Shown here: piece by piece, positions 46,801 through 60,581 of the stretch | Numbering within the stretch: the first letter of the stretch is position 1 | How the letters are laid out: each line of letters starts with the position of its first letter | Source of the DNA: Hormiphora californensis | Taxonomy: Eukaryota; Animalia; Ctenophora | Length of the DNA: 64,000 nt | Assembly (NCBI GenBank): GCA_020137815.1 | Contig: CM035356.1 | Location: forward strand, 1,240,001 to 1,304,000 | Reading direction: 5' to 3' | The notes under the pieces: generated by a model | Database searches by the model: none | The model's input: only the letters and a program-made list of their open reading frames with translations | What the model was told of the DNA's origin: nothing | Position numbers and translations under genes: made by a program

Positions 46801-49800
46801 GGAGTAGGGTAGCGGAGAGATGGACTAGATTAGGGGTAGGGTAGCTGAAAGATGGAGTTGATGAGGGCTAGGGAAGCATAGAGATGGAAACGATTATGGA
46901 TAGGGATTCCCTACCCCTAATCGTTTCCATCTCTATGCTTCCCTAATAGGGAAGCTGAGAGATGGAGTAGATGAGGAGTAGGGTAGCTGAGAGATGGACT
47001 AGATAAGGGGTAGGGTAGCTGAAAGATGGAGTAGATGAGGGGTAGGGTAGCTGAAAGATGGAGTAGATGAGGGGTAGGGTAGCTGAGAGATCGAGTTGAT
47101 GAGGGGTAGGATAGCTGAGAGATGGAGTAGATCAAGATCAAGAAATATTTGATTCGGCACCGACCCTCTCTCTACTCCTCGATGTTTCCCGCCATGTTCT
47201 GCAGCTGCTGTGTGAGAGTTGAACGCGAGCGCGTCAATAACATGACACGACATGCAACACGACATGCAACACGACATGCGAGATGCGAATTTCATTATTT
47301 TGAAGTTTTGTGGGGTTGCGATTTTTGTTTTAGGTCGGAGAGTGAAACGGCCGGTACAGTGGTAAACTAGATTAAAAACTGTACGCCTCGTTAGACGGCG
47401 ATTTTTCCTATCTTGTCTGGTTCCTGAGATATGGCCCCCTAAAGAGTTGGTGTCTCAAACTGCTGAATCGGGGTCACGCGAGGAAAATGGGCATCAGTTT
47501 GCGTGTACTGCTCCGTTTTTCACGGGACTTGAACGAGGGTGATGGCAAGAGTCTCACCTATTACATGGTATCCTTACATTGTGTATTAAATCTAAAATAA
47601 CTGAGCAGCATGCTTGTTAATGAACCTTGACGTGTTTGCTTGTCTCGCAAGCGCGCTCGCGACTAGCAAACACGACATGCAGTTCACACCCTGATAATAG
47701 TGGTACTAAATCTATAAAGGTGCATTTAATTGTATTTCTTATAGGGACATAATAAGGACATGCGATGATTAGTTCTCATGTTGGTCAGGCTGTTTTTAGA
47801 GTTGTTCATTGGGGTAAACTGGATGAGCGGGGGTACTTAACTGCTGAATTATTAGCTGTATAACTGGTATGATAGCAGGCTGAAGTATGTACTAGCTGTT
47901 GCCAAACGAGTGATATAAATTAGATTTCATTGTTTCTTCCGGAGTACACCCATCTGAACAATATATTTTGTTGTGGTCCTGTTGTGGTGTACATGTTCAT
48001 GTTGTATGCCCACAAACAACTCCTTCTTACACAAACACCAATGACACTATTTGCCGAAAATATGTATTTTCATAACTGCCCCCACAAACGAGTAGCACCA
48101 GTCATGCTGCAGTGGTTACAGCGTCTGTTTTTACAGTTAATTTATTTGTGTAGCTGGTGCAGTGGCACTATGCCGCACACACACAGTGTCATAATATGGC
48201 TACACCAAGTCTTTACTCCTTGCTTGTGCCAGGATTGCAATATTCTTCTTCTTCTTCTTTCCTTTGAAGAAGAAGAAGAAGAAGTAAGAAGATCTCAGGC
48301 CTGACACACGAATCCATCACTTCTTATCTCTCTCTCTGATTATTATACCCAGTTTAATAATTTTAGACGATCATATTTCCTGTGCGTGTGCGTGTCTCCC
48401 TTCTCTCTCTCTCTCTCTCTCTCTTCTACTCATTTCTTCATCCCTTTCTCTCTGCTACTCATCCCTTTCTCTCAGTGCAGCTATTAACAAGTAGGAGCCA
48501 TTATAATCATACCTAATCTGATATTTCAAATTTCTTTTTGTTGCCCTTTTAGTTTAGTTTTTTTTTCTGGTTAGAGCATATTTTGAGAGAAAGAGCATAT
48601 TTTGAGAGAGAGAGATAGAGAGAGGAGAAAGAGAAAGTGAGAAAGATAGAGAGAGAGTGGGGGAAGTGAGAGACACGACGTATAAGAGAGACCAAAGAGT
48701 TTCCAATCAAAGATTGCACTTGTGACTTGATACCCCTTACTCTCAATCCCTCTTTATGCAGACGTTTAATACACGAGCAAAGAAGACATAGAAAAGTCGA
48801 GTACATTGTTGTATTTTGTGACAAAGTTTGCATTACATTTGTACTTCTTTGTTAATCTCGGTTATTCTATTCCTGGATGACAAGTCCCAGCTTTCGCAAC
48901 AGAGTGTCGTGTTCGCAACACATTATGTATTACCCCTAGTGACATCACCTGCCACCAACTCTCTCGCGGAGCTCTGTGTGGTAGTGGTGGTACTGATCCA
49001 GTGGGAGAGGGCAGGTTTCAATACCGTGTCATGTTACTCATCATCACTGTTAGATTAGTTTAGCACACGTAGCAGAGAGAGAGAGATTCTTCTTCCCAGT
49101 GATCGCAGCTTTGTCAAATTCTCGTGGCACAATCTCTTTTTTTTGGGGTATACATCTAAACTGGAGTCTGATAGATATTCTTTGTTCTCCATCTTATGTA
49201 GTGTCCGTCTGACCATTTGTGTTGTTCATAATTGATGCTTTTAGCACCATACACCGCTCGTAGTCTTCCCCAGCTTTACCTTATATATATTCTCTCTCTC
49301 CCTATTGGTTGCAACAGCTGTAGTAGTGGGACCAGAGACCGTTTAGCAGTTGGTTAGCTGATTAGTCTGAAACAATTTTATACCCTTGCACATTCCTATC
49401 GTTTACTACATGATGCTCCTTCATAAAACCTGTGCTCCTTCATAAAACCAGATGCCAAGACGAGACTATGGTTACCATCATGATACCTGTGCTGTTTTTA
49501 CCAATGCTGCCTTTGAAGTAAGTTCACAACAGGAAAATATCCCTCTCTGGACCAACCTGTTAGGCCTGACAAGTTGGTACAGGAGGGATGAGGGTGTGAT
49601 CAATGATATATGGGGTGGAGTTAATGGGGGTAGCAACTTCAACTGTGGAAGTTCTAATGAATACTCGACACAGGCGTGCCGCAGAAAAGTGAAAGTATAT
49701 TTCTTATCAAATGTTATCATACCGTCTGTTCAGCCCCCGGCCGCACTATTACTACTTGTATGCTGTATATTGCGATACAAGCTAGTTGCCGCACTTTATG

Positions 49801-52800
49801 ATATATGCACTGAGCTTTCCCTTACTAGGCGCTCGGTACATACACATATAGTCGTGCTTGCTCGGGAGAAGTAGTCGTAGTTGTAGTTTATAGTTAGCTG
49901 CGGAAACCTCCCGGGGTCAATAGTCGGCGTGACGTATCTCATGTCATGTGCATGTGTCATGTGTGAGAGTACACCCTTGCTTACTAAAAAAGCGAAAGAC
50001 AACAAACCTAACGCAGCAACTGAGGTCTGGTTCTTGTCACGATTTTAGCCATTCTTCGTCCAATTGTGTCTACTTTCTTTAACTTTTCCATCGCTCAGTG
50101 TTCAGTGCTACTATAGTGTCAACAATATTTAACATTTTCTCCCTCCCTGTCAGAACGGAGAGCAGGACGAGGAAGTGCTTGTAATGAACGATAGACAGGT
50201 CCAGAGACACCACAGCGAGACTTTCAACCAACACCAGGACGCACAACTACGGTCCAGACTAGACATTCAGGTTGGTAATATATTGTAATGGTCCTGACTA
50301 TTATAGACATTCAGGTTGGTACTCAACTGTGTCACTTCTCTTTTGTGTTTGCATAAACTAAAAGCATGCAAAGGAATGGATTCCTGAGTGAAAGTTCCAT
50401 AGGTGTTCTGCATATAGGACTAGCCCCTACAATTGTGCATCCCCGGCCACTCTCTAGCAGTGGTCTTCCTACCTTCTACCGGGTACGGCCAAGAGAGTAA
50501 AAGAGAGAGGGGTGGATTGACTTTGATTTATTTGAAAATTGAATCTCATTTAGTTCATGACTTGAAGAGAGATCAAAAGAAAGATTGTTACATGTAAACT
50601 AAGGAGAGTCTCAATAGCAGGGTCTCAATAGATATAGATATATCACTAACATAGAACGTCAGTGCTCAGTGCCCCCTCCCTTTACCACATAATACATATT
50701 ATAGTGATTCAATCTTTGCATTTTCCGATTAAGCAGCAAGAAAATCTTAGCCAGACTGGATATTGGTGGTAGTAGAGTGGTTTGTAAAGTTCTCCTGAGT
50801 TTATTATCTCGTAAGCTTTGTATACCAGCGCCTCATGTATTCCACGGTGCCCCTGAAGGACGTTCCACCTCGACCAAGTCCCCCAGCAAAACGAACGGTT
50901 GTGTGACCTAAAGGGGACCTCTGGGAACTACGCAGGACCGTGGGGGAAAAGATATGAAAGTAGCCAAAGGAGAAAATCGCATTTAGGGCCAAAAAACCTC
51001 AAAAAACGCCATTTTAACAATGTTGCCGTGGATTTAGAGTTCCGATTCCAACGACAATCGATTCGGCGTGTCATAAAACCCTGGGGTGACTTGATTTTGG
51101 TCGAGAAAAAAAATAGATTGGAAATTTGGAATGTAGAATTTTGTCATTTTTCTCACACAACATTCCAAATTTTCCAATCTCAAATCTATTTTTTTTTCTC
51201 GACCAAATCAAGTCACCCCAGGGTTCTTGACACGCCGAATCGATTGCCGCTGGAATTGGAACTCTAAATCCACGGCAACATTGTTAAAATGGCGTTTTTT
51301 GGGGTTTTTTGGCCCTAAATGCGATTTTCTCCTTTGGCTACTTTCATATCTTTTCCTCCACGGTCCTACGCAGTTCCCAGAGATCCCCTTTAGGTCACAC
51401 AACCGTTCGTTTTGCTGGGGGACTCGGTCGAGGTGGAACGTCCTTCAGGGGCACCGTGATTCCTGGCCTACAAATGAAACTTTGAAACGTAGAAAGTGAC
51501 GTTGCCAAGTCGTATTGGCGCTTTGAGAGTGGAATGATTTCATCAGCGATATTTCCCTGTATCATATCGCTGTCACGTTTCATAATCAACTTTCTCAACA
51601 TCTCACTGGTATGGCAAAATTGAGAATTCGCCTCCACCGCAGCTTCAAACCTCTCTCTATTATCCTCAAAAATCTGAACTAGCACCTTCAAAGAGTGACA
51701 TAACTTTCCATATTGATCTTGTTCGCATACCTCGTTTCTCATCATGACCGAGTTGCACATGAACAAATCCACACTACAGAGATTTTCAAATAGCATTTCC
51801 TTTAACCCTATTTCAAAACAATAGCCAAAGTTGTCCCTGAAAATCTTTGGAGTTTTGTCAATGTTGGTGTAGAAATCCTTTAATCGCACCGTTAATTGAG
51901 TCCATGTTGGTGTAGTGTGATCGCACATGATAATCAACATGTCCACATTTATCATTAGTTTGAGGGTAGGGTCGGTAATTTTGGTAGTCCAGGAGCGGTC
52001 CCCAGTGCAGAAGTAGCCCTCGAGAAAGGGCCAAACAGTCTCAACAAGTTGAGCAGGACTTTTGGTTCGCTGGACAGCACACGTCCTGAAGGGATTGGTA
52101 TACTCCATTTTTTTCCCACAGTTCCCCCCTCAATTAGTGCACGGATTTGTTTTGCGCGCCTATCACATGTTATTGCATGCATCAAAAATTAAAAATTTCA
52201 CAAATTCATGAGTTTGAGGGAACAGTTGAAAAAAAATGGACTTTACAGAAGTTAGAGAGCAATTTGCTAAACAATTATTATATGTGAGCTTCTTCTGAAT
52301 GAGATTTGAGCAAGTATGTTCTAAACTACCATTTACCCTTTCACATTCTACAAATCACATTTCATCACTCTATACAATTCAAGCTCTTAACTGTGAACTG
52401 GATAATAAAAAACATGCTAAATCTATACCTTGGCACTAGAAGTGGTAAAACGAAAAGCATAATGCACAACATCATCTTATTCGTGAGATCTTTCTCCCTC
52501 TGTTAGGGAGGGCATAATTTATGCCTTATAACAGCAGTGACAAAGAATCAATTGCTGAGACAGCTGGTGTTATAAATCCATGCTATTAAAAGCATAAATA
52601 TACTGTATGATTTTCCGGTTACGACTATTACAGATCGGTGCTCAGTGCCATTTATTTGGTTAAAAAATATTTTATGTTCAATATCATTGGTTTTTTTCTC
52701 CCTTTCTGAGACAACCTAACTGCCGAGAAAATTGCTCAGTTTCTTTTTTTCTGAATGCTCCCCCTACTCTCTACACAATCTAGCATTGATCAACCCCATT

Positions 52801-55800
52801 AATATCCCCTCCCGGCTCCCCCATCTCTCTAGTCTCTACAAAATATTGACCAACCCCCACAGGACAATTTGGATGAGCTAGACGATGGAACAGATACAAA
52901 CTGCTACAGACAATGCAAATCATGCTGGAAATATTACATACTAGACACGATAGGTGACGATTGGTTGTTTTGTCTGTTACTCGGCATCAGTATGGCCCTA
53001 ATTTCATTCGCCATGGATTTCTGTATCCTAAAACTACAGGTACATCTCGATCCCTCTTTCCAGCTTGTACTCGCTGAAATTATGCTTACGCGTTTTATAG
53101 AATGTAACTACCTCAACTTACCTGTATACACTGTGTGCTTCTTCTGGCTAAACATCCAGGTAGTTTGGCAAATCTAACACACACCATTTCATTTCAGGAA
53201 ACTCATGTGTTATTTTATAACGAGCTGACAGATATTGTACCCCTCCGTTTTCTACTGTGGGTGGGGTACCCTCTTCTTTGCGTGATATTCAGCGTAGCTA
53301 TTTGCCAGGTAAGAGAAAGAGAGGGAGAGAGAAAGAAACAGAGGGAGAGAGAGAGTAATCGAGAAATGACAAGATACTAGACTCGACGGTAAAGCATTTT
53401 GTTGGATTAGAGAAATGAGAAATCTAAATTATAACACTTTGAGTTTATTTCAGATTATTTCACAAAATGCGGTAGGGTCAGGTATCCCCGAGATGAAGAC
53501 GATTCTGAGGGGAATAGTAATTCACAACTACCTCACCTGGCAGACACTGATCAGCAAAGTTATAGGTAGGCGTGAACAGTTTCCTGGCGATCTGACTTTA
53601 ATACCTTCTTGTCATATGTGTTGATTGTCAAATGTTTCATAACTCCAATTGAATCCCCAATTGAATTGACGCCTAATCAAATCCACAGGTCTATGTTTCT
53701 CGATGGGTAGTGGGCTACCGATAGGAAAGGAGGGACCCTTCGTCCACATCGCCTGTATCATGTCCAACCTACTGGGACAGAATGTCAAGGGTTTCAAGAG
53801 GATCTTCAGTAACGAAACAAGAAATGTGGAGATGTTAGCTGCTGCTTGTGCAGTAGGGGTCAGTTGCACCTTTGCAGCCCCCATAGGAGGGGTACTATTT
53901 AGTATCGAGGTAAGAGGAACATTTCAAACCAAACCGATTTCAACTGCAACCATCACTATTAATCATACATTCAATCTAACCCCCCCCCCCCACATTTCTT
54001 ATCTACATTCTACCCCCAGGTGACAGCCACGTATTTCGCTGTCAGGAACTACTGGAGGGGGTTCTTCACTGCTGTGTGTGGTAGTTTTGTATTTCGAATG
54101 ATGGATGTTTGGACGTCCAATGAGGCGACAATAACAACCCTCTATCCTACCAACTTCTCAGTTGAATTCCCGTTTGATCCTCTGGAGCTGGTAGCTTTCA
54201 GTCTCATGGGTGGGTTAATGATTTCCTAATTCACACATGCCCCTCCTTTTCGTGTACTGTTCATACTGCTTTTTAACAGTGTTCATATATTACTGTTTTT
54301 TAAGCCGAGTAACAAGTCAATGATAGTCTAACCCTTTCTCTCTCCCTTGACAGGTCTACTAGCAGGACTAGGAGGGGCAACATTTGTTTATATGCACCGT
54401 AAAATAGTCTTCTTAATAAGAAACCATGGCCATAAAATATTCCTTCACAAGAACAAGTAGGTAACAGGGCAGATTCAGATGTTTCATTCCTTCAAAGAAA
54501 CCTATCCATCTGACTGGGGTCTGGGGGGAGGTATCGATCTAAATACCCAAATATCCCTAATAATATTTTTTTAAATGCATGTTTCCGTGCATAGCGCGGA
54601 TTTCGGTATGATATCCCCCCTTCTTCTATCCTCCTGCGCTGTCTCTCTCATGTTATCACGCACGCTACGTTTTCCCAAGAAGAGAGGGGACACTGTACCC
54701 AAAGCGCGGATACAGTGTCATACGACTCAAGTCTCAACTAAAACCCCTCATTTTCCTTTTCATTCCCCCCTAGGTTTGTGTACCCATGTCTAGTAACTCT
54801 GGTAGTTATGATCATATCCTTCCCTGACTGGCTGGGTCACTTCATGGGAGGGAAACTCACTCAGAAGGATTCACTACAACATATGTTTAGGTAACTAACA
54901 ATATTATATTTCAGAACTATCTTGGAACAAACAATATAGTCACAAAGCTTGTAATGGGCAGATATAATATTTTTTATAGATCTTGGGATCAATACAGTTA
55001 ACGCACCCCATGACCCCCTTCCTCTCTCTCCATTCACAGTGATCAGAGTTGGAGTGTTACGACAGATGAAGATATCAAGTCAGTGTGGGCTGATCCAAAT
55101 ATATTTGTATCCCTCATGCTATTCATCATCTTCCAGGTAATCCAGGGCACTAAAAAGAGAAGCAACTACTTCAGGATTCGGGCAGTGGGCACTTGTACTA
55201 CCTCGTTCCATTCTATCTATTCTGTCTTTCTCCTCCCCCCCCCCTTACGTAATACGTATCTTTCCGTATCGTGATCAGTCCGAAGACTGAATCTCTAACT
55301 CTTATCTGATATCTCTCTCCAGTTTGTATGTACGGCGTTCTGTGTGTCCCTGCCCGTGCCCGCGGGAGTATTCTTCCCCATCTTTGTGCTGGGTGCGGCC
55401 TATGGGCGGTTATTTGGTGAGGCTATGACAAGTTGGTTTCCCAATGGGATACACGAGGGACCTCTCAATATGAACATTCAACCAGGTACAATATTGAGGG
55501 GTTTTAGTTTCATCCGTGATCTTGATTTTGTGGAAATTTACCATGCTATCCGCTTCATTTTCATTAACAACTTCTTCTCTCTCTCCAGGTGGGTATGCAG
55601 TAGTTGGAGCTGCTGCATTCTCCGGGGCAGTAACCCACACCATCTCTACATCAGTTATTGTGTTCGAACTGACCGGACAGATATCCCACATTATACCTGT
55701 TATGATTGCAGTGTTGATAGCTAATGCAGCTGCTCAGTGGTTACAACCCAGCATATACGATAGTATTATTCAGGTACGATAGTGTTATTCAGGGTTTATT

Positions 55801-57782
55801 CAGGTACACCACTTTTAGAATCATTTCACTGATTTAATTAATTTCTTTCTGAATAGTGTGTCCCCTTCCTTTCTTTGATTTCACTATTTAATTCTAAGAG
55901 AAGGGATAATAATGAAGTACAAACTAAACAATAAACCACCAACTAACACTACTCCACTTTTCAGATTAAAAAACTCCCCTACCTCCCTGAGATAACTAAA
56001 CATGTTCATCTGTCCAATAAGTATATCAAGGATATCATGAGGAGAGATATTATCTTCTGTAGTTATGAGTCTACCGTCAGAGAGGTAATTTAATACAAAA
56101 TCCGCTTCGATTACATCTAACATTACAATGTTAGGATAAATTATGATAACATCATTCCCCCACCTAATATTTTAACACCATGACCCCCCCCCCCCCCGTC
56201 TTAACATCATTTTCTCCAATCTCCATCTAACATTTTAACACCCCCCCCTCCCAGATTCAGGAGATGATAAGAACTACAGACTACAGGAGTTTCCCGATAG
56301 TGGATGACTCCACCAGGATGACCTTCTTGGGCTCTATTCAGAGGGTTAAATTAGCACGGGCCCTCGATAGGGCCCTCGAATACAACAAGGTACTACCAGA
56401 TGTCATGTGTGTGATGAGTTTTATTATTCAGGTTGTTCTGAAACGATCCTCCGACCCATTTTGTTATGTTAGCACATTATTCCCATATTCCCAACCCATT
56501 TTGTTATGATTGTTAGCCAGCTAAACCTCACATTTCAGTACCAAGATTCACCCTCTGACACGCCCCCTGAGCCTTCAGACTGGCACTCCTTGGTAGTTTG
56601 TGTGTGTGTGTGCTTGCGAAGCTTGCCGGGGAGAGGGATATAGATATTTGATTGTTGGGGTGAAATATGTACTCTGCAGTGCTATTAGCTATGATATAGA
56701 TTTTACTTTTTAGACTTGATCATTGGGTGCAACATATTCTGCAGTGCTATTAGCTAAACACCAACTTAATTGAATGCTGAATGCTTTGACAAGGGAAATA
56801 GTGTGCGTGGTTATGCGAAGCAATCACTTCTACATATCTAATATCATACTAACCCACACCCCCTCCTCACTCCCCCTCTCCCTCAGCTACAATCCCCTGA
56901 TGGATCGTGCCATGACCTTAAGGAGCTGAATGACAAGTACGGTGGGAGGCCAGTTGTGGACAACAAGGCAGCTATATTTGGTGCTATTACAAGGCATCAT
57001 AACAAGGCGGGGACCTTCCTCAATCCAATGAGAGACAGGGCTACCAGTGTACCTGATGGGGTCACTACACAAGGTAATTGGAATCTATTCAGATATATTC
57101 ATTGTTTTTCTTCCTCAAATTGTTTGTGTGACATCATTTTGGACCCAATCTAACGCTCTGATTGGTAAGTATTGGTAGCTCCACTGGCTCACAGCTTAAT
57201 ACACTGTATCCCTTATCCAGAGTATGATAGGTGGTGTGAGAGTCAGCTGGATAAGAGGATGGATTTCTCCAGGTGTCCAATGGACGGGGCGCCCTTCCAA
57301 CTGGTAGAGACAACATCCATCTACAAGGCCCATACTCTCTTTGGGCTGCTATCTCTATCACACGCGTACATTACTAACGTTGGTAAGTTGGAAATTTCCT
57401 GGTTTAAGTATCGCCTCATAATTTATGGGCCACCCTGTAGTCCAGGGCCTTATACTACATGATATTACAACGAAATAATACAGCTGTATTTTGGACTACA
57501 TGATATTATGTAGTTAGGTAAAAGAACTCTTTTTTTTCCTTGGTTTTTTACAAACACTACATCGTGAGGGAAGATCATCAAGCTCAGTATGTATTCCTAA
57601 CCCCTCACACTCCCCTCCCAGGTCGGTTAGTGGGTGTTGTGACTCTCAATGAGATCCAGGAAGTTATCGAGGGTAGGATAGACCTTCAGAGGGACCCCGC
57701 GGAACCTGGCGTCAGTTCAACCCAGATCCATGCTTCCTTTGAACTGGACCCGCAGCACATTAAACATGTTCAGATGAAGTGA
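43817..57782 (+). CDS. CLCN2: ClC-1/2-type voltage-gated chloride channel with CBS domains (multi-exon)
   Basis: [36 protein letters not shown] and PSIYDSII from 52863 onward. Phase-0 upstream exons at 43817-43942 and ~50154-50270 join in frame but are less certain. Confidence 0.9.
43964..47693. mobile_element. Non-autonomous foldback DNA transposon (3.7-kb near-perfect palindrome)
   Basis: Termini CAGGGTGTGAACT…AGTTCACACCCTG with 5-bp TSD ATAAT (43959-43963, 47694-47698). About 560-bp unique arms are followed by inverted arrays of a 32-bp repeat that meet near 45610. Confidence 0.93.
44525..47133. repeat. 32-bp tandem arrays (TACTCCATCTCTCAGCTTCCCTACCTCCCATT) in inverted orientation inside the foldback
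   Basis: Seen directly. The orientation flips at about 45601-45622. Confidence 0.95.
50709..52108 (-). pseudogene. Intronless orphan ORF (about 260 aa) antisense within a ClC intron, disrupted by the MITE
   Basis: Removing the MITE plus one TSD extends the ORF in frame: …SFICRPG|[43 protein letters not shown]. Confidence 0.7.
50843..51458. mobile_element. Chapaev-like (CMC) palindromic MITE
   Basis: Termini CACGGTG…CACCGTG, about 290-bp inverted arms, and 4-bp TSD ATTC (50839-50842, 51459-51462). CAC/GTG ends with a 4-bp TSD are Chapaev hallmarks. Confidence 0.85.
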
Positions 57783-58158
57783 AGGGTGTGTCAGCTGTGT
57801 CACGAGCTATGAACAATTCAAGGGTGAAGAGAGAGGGAGAACAATTCAAGGGTAGAGAGAGGGCCAGGGAGAACACTTTTTGTTACGGTTCGAACACTAG
57901 CTGCTTGCTCTTATATTAACCAGGCTTGCCAGGGAATCGATACCCAGTAAATAAGATCCTTAATTATTGAGGATGTACTTGTACTGTTGTTGAACAGGTT
58001 CAACTGCTCTAAAGTGTGTTAACCACATATGTTCTTCAGTCGCATGATGATATATTATGTATGGTTATTAGGATGGGAAAGAGAGGTCAGAGGGAGGGTT
58101 ATATTTGAGAGAGAGAGCTGTTAAAATTGGGTGATACTGCATGTGTGTGTGGCAATGG

Positions 58159-58196
<38 letters not shown>

Positions 58197-59028
58197 GTTA
58201 GAGAGCCGTGACGTAGAGAGGGAGACAGAGAGATCTGTAGAAAGATAGAGAGAGGGAGAAGGATAGAGAGTGCCATTATTTCACTCTCCCTATCCTTGGC
58301 TAAGTACACGCGTGTTCTGTGTACATGTGTGTCTACGCGTGTTCATTATAACACTTCAACCCGGGCCATACGTAGACGCGTGTGTTGTATACCCCTCCCT
58401 TATAAATAAATCAAGCTGAAGATTAGGAACCCTGTTTGTTTGCCCCTGATATTTGTTGTTGATTCTTACTGAGATGAGAAGAGAGAGAAAGAGAGCGAGA
58501 AAAAGAGAGAGCGAGAAAGAGAGAGAAAGAGAGAGATTTTGTGAATACATTTTCTGTGTAATGATGATCCTATTTCGTTTTACAAACAACCCCCCAAAAG
58601 TGCTTTTATTTTGTTGTTTTTAACTGGTCAGCTTTCTGTAAATAACCCTGATACAATGATAGTAACCTGGCATTTGCTTGACCTTCTCTCACAGCTGTAA
58701 AGGAGGGTGAGAAGATAACTTTATACAATCTTGGCAGATATTACCACCACTCGAATCTCGAGAACCTTGTGAAGCTAAGAGCAATTCAGCACTAGATCGA
58801 TAAGCAATTCATTTTGTGGCATGCAATATCCCTTTTATTTCTTTTCAATATTCTTCTTCGGAAGAAGTCCTTGCGGTCCTTCCTACACATACAAGCTGTG
58901 AAATGATTCCTTCTTCAAGGCTATCTGTCTGTTTTTGGAGACACTGCTTACCATGACAGCTGGTACCAAGGCCTGGTAGACCAGCTGTGGTAGATGCCTA
59001 TATTTTTAGTAAAGAAATCACTTTAGAT

Positions 59029-59146
<118 letters not shown>

Positions 59147-59211
59147 ACCCTCTTCCAACTCCTCTCTCTCCCACCAGATACAGGAACCCACTCATCCACA
59201 CTATGTGAAGT

Positions 59212-60072
59212 ATGTCCCTCCCACCGGGTCGTGATAGGAAGACCCGTGCCCGACTCCCCACCATTACTCCCCCTCCTGCCCGCCAGGAGCCGGATCCCCC
59301 CATGGATGATTGCCCCTACTCCCTACCCTCGTGTGGGGTGCTAGCAGAGGACAAGGAGAGAAGAGATCATGGTGAGGTAGTGGTGTATGAAAACTATAGG
59401 TGCATGTGCTGCATGGCATCCTTCCATACTTTCGAACCTTTCAGGCGGCATGTGTACAAACACTTTGCAAGGAGAGCCCAGGTTAGACTGGAAAAACATA
59501 TCGTGGTGGGGAGAGAAGATGAGGGGGATAAGGAAGATATGTTAGAGTTTATCCTCCACTCTCCATCATCCACAGCTCCACTATTATCTGCACATCATGA
59601 GATGATCAGAGAGGGTCCCATCTTTACCTGTCCCATAAACACAATCCAAGAAAGGGAGCGGGATCTGGACTTCCTTATCGACTCTATCAAGAATCATGTG
59701 ACTGAATCTGAGTTCCAATGTATCCTTCAGAAGGGGAGTGTTAACTTCAACTACCTACTAGACACTGCTATCAAACTGTGCACCCAGCCTAAAACTAAAC
59801 GAAAACAAATAAAAAACAAATCCACTGCTTCTTCTTCCTCTGCAGTACAGGTAAAAGATACCTCCCTCTCCTCCCCTCCCCCAACGTCCCCCTCCAGGGA
59901 GGGAGGTCCTGATGAGATATTCGCTGAGTTAGATGTACCCAGATTGGTATGCTGGATGTGCCCCGATAATATATGTTTTACAACTGATGATGCCTTTGCC
60001 AGACACCTCATGTTGGCTCACGACATGCCTGAAAATGATGCTGAGATTATGGGGCTAGTCCATGGTTTGTGA
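59212..60072 (+). CDS. Single-exon protein with two separated C2H2 zinc fingers
   Basis: YRCMCCMASFHTFEPFRRHVYKH and VCWMCPDNICFTTDDAFARHLMLAH in a 286-aa ORF preceded by an acceptor-like CCCACCAG. Confidence 0.78.
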   Translation: MSLPPGRDRKTRARLPTITPPPARQEPDPPMDDCPYSLPSCGVLAEDKERRDHGEVVVYENYRCMCCMASFHTFEPFRRHVYKHFARRAQVRLEKHIVVGREDEGDKEDMLEFILHSPSSTAPLLSAHHEMIREGPIFTCPINTIQERERDLDFLIDSIKNHVTESEFQCILQKGSVNFNYLLDTAIKLCTQPKTKRKQIKNKSTASSSSAVQVKDTSLSSPPPTSPSREGGPDEIFAELDVPRLVCWMCPDNICFTTDDAFARHLMLAHDMPENDAEIMGLVHGL

Positions 60073-60581
60073 GGGGGTTACCATGGTAACGCGTCTTGTG
60101 ACGTCATAGCAACCGGAGAAGAAGAGGAGCTGAGTGGTGTTTATTTAGTTGAGTGGTTTGCCGTAGAAGGAACCATGTTGTTCTAGATGAATCTAGAGTG
60201 GGGATAATATAATGCAATATTTCTCTCATATTGTAATATGACACTGCTAGCTACACTCTATCTACCTCTGTTTATGAGAGAGACAGAAATGGAATATTTT
60301 ATCCGCTTTTGCTACTTTTGAGTCAGTTAGTTCAGTCTTTTTATCCTATATTTGAGTTGTATTTATTTGTGTTTGTTTGGCTTTTTAGAGTATAGAATGT
60401 GAATAAAACTTTGCTGCAATCTATTTTGTTACTGTTATCACTTGTTATTCCACTACATGTGTGTTTTCTTTGTCGCCCAACATCTTGTTGACATTACTCC
60501 ACCAACAACGCGTTCATTTGATCGGTTGTACAGTGTTTACTCTCACAGCACTATATTCCTCTAGCAGTTCAGTGTGATACA

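Noticed and set aside
44525-47133. CRISPR-like repeat array
   Set aside because: The repeats are contiguous with no unique spacers, there are no cas genes, and the context is eukaryotic.
49452-49874. 140-aa ORF in a ClC intron
   Set aside because: No domain or splice evidence, and its length is compatible with chance.
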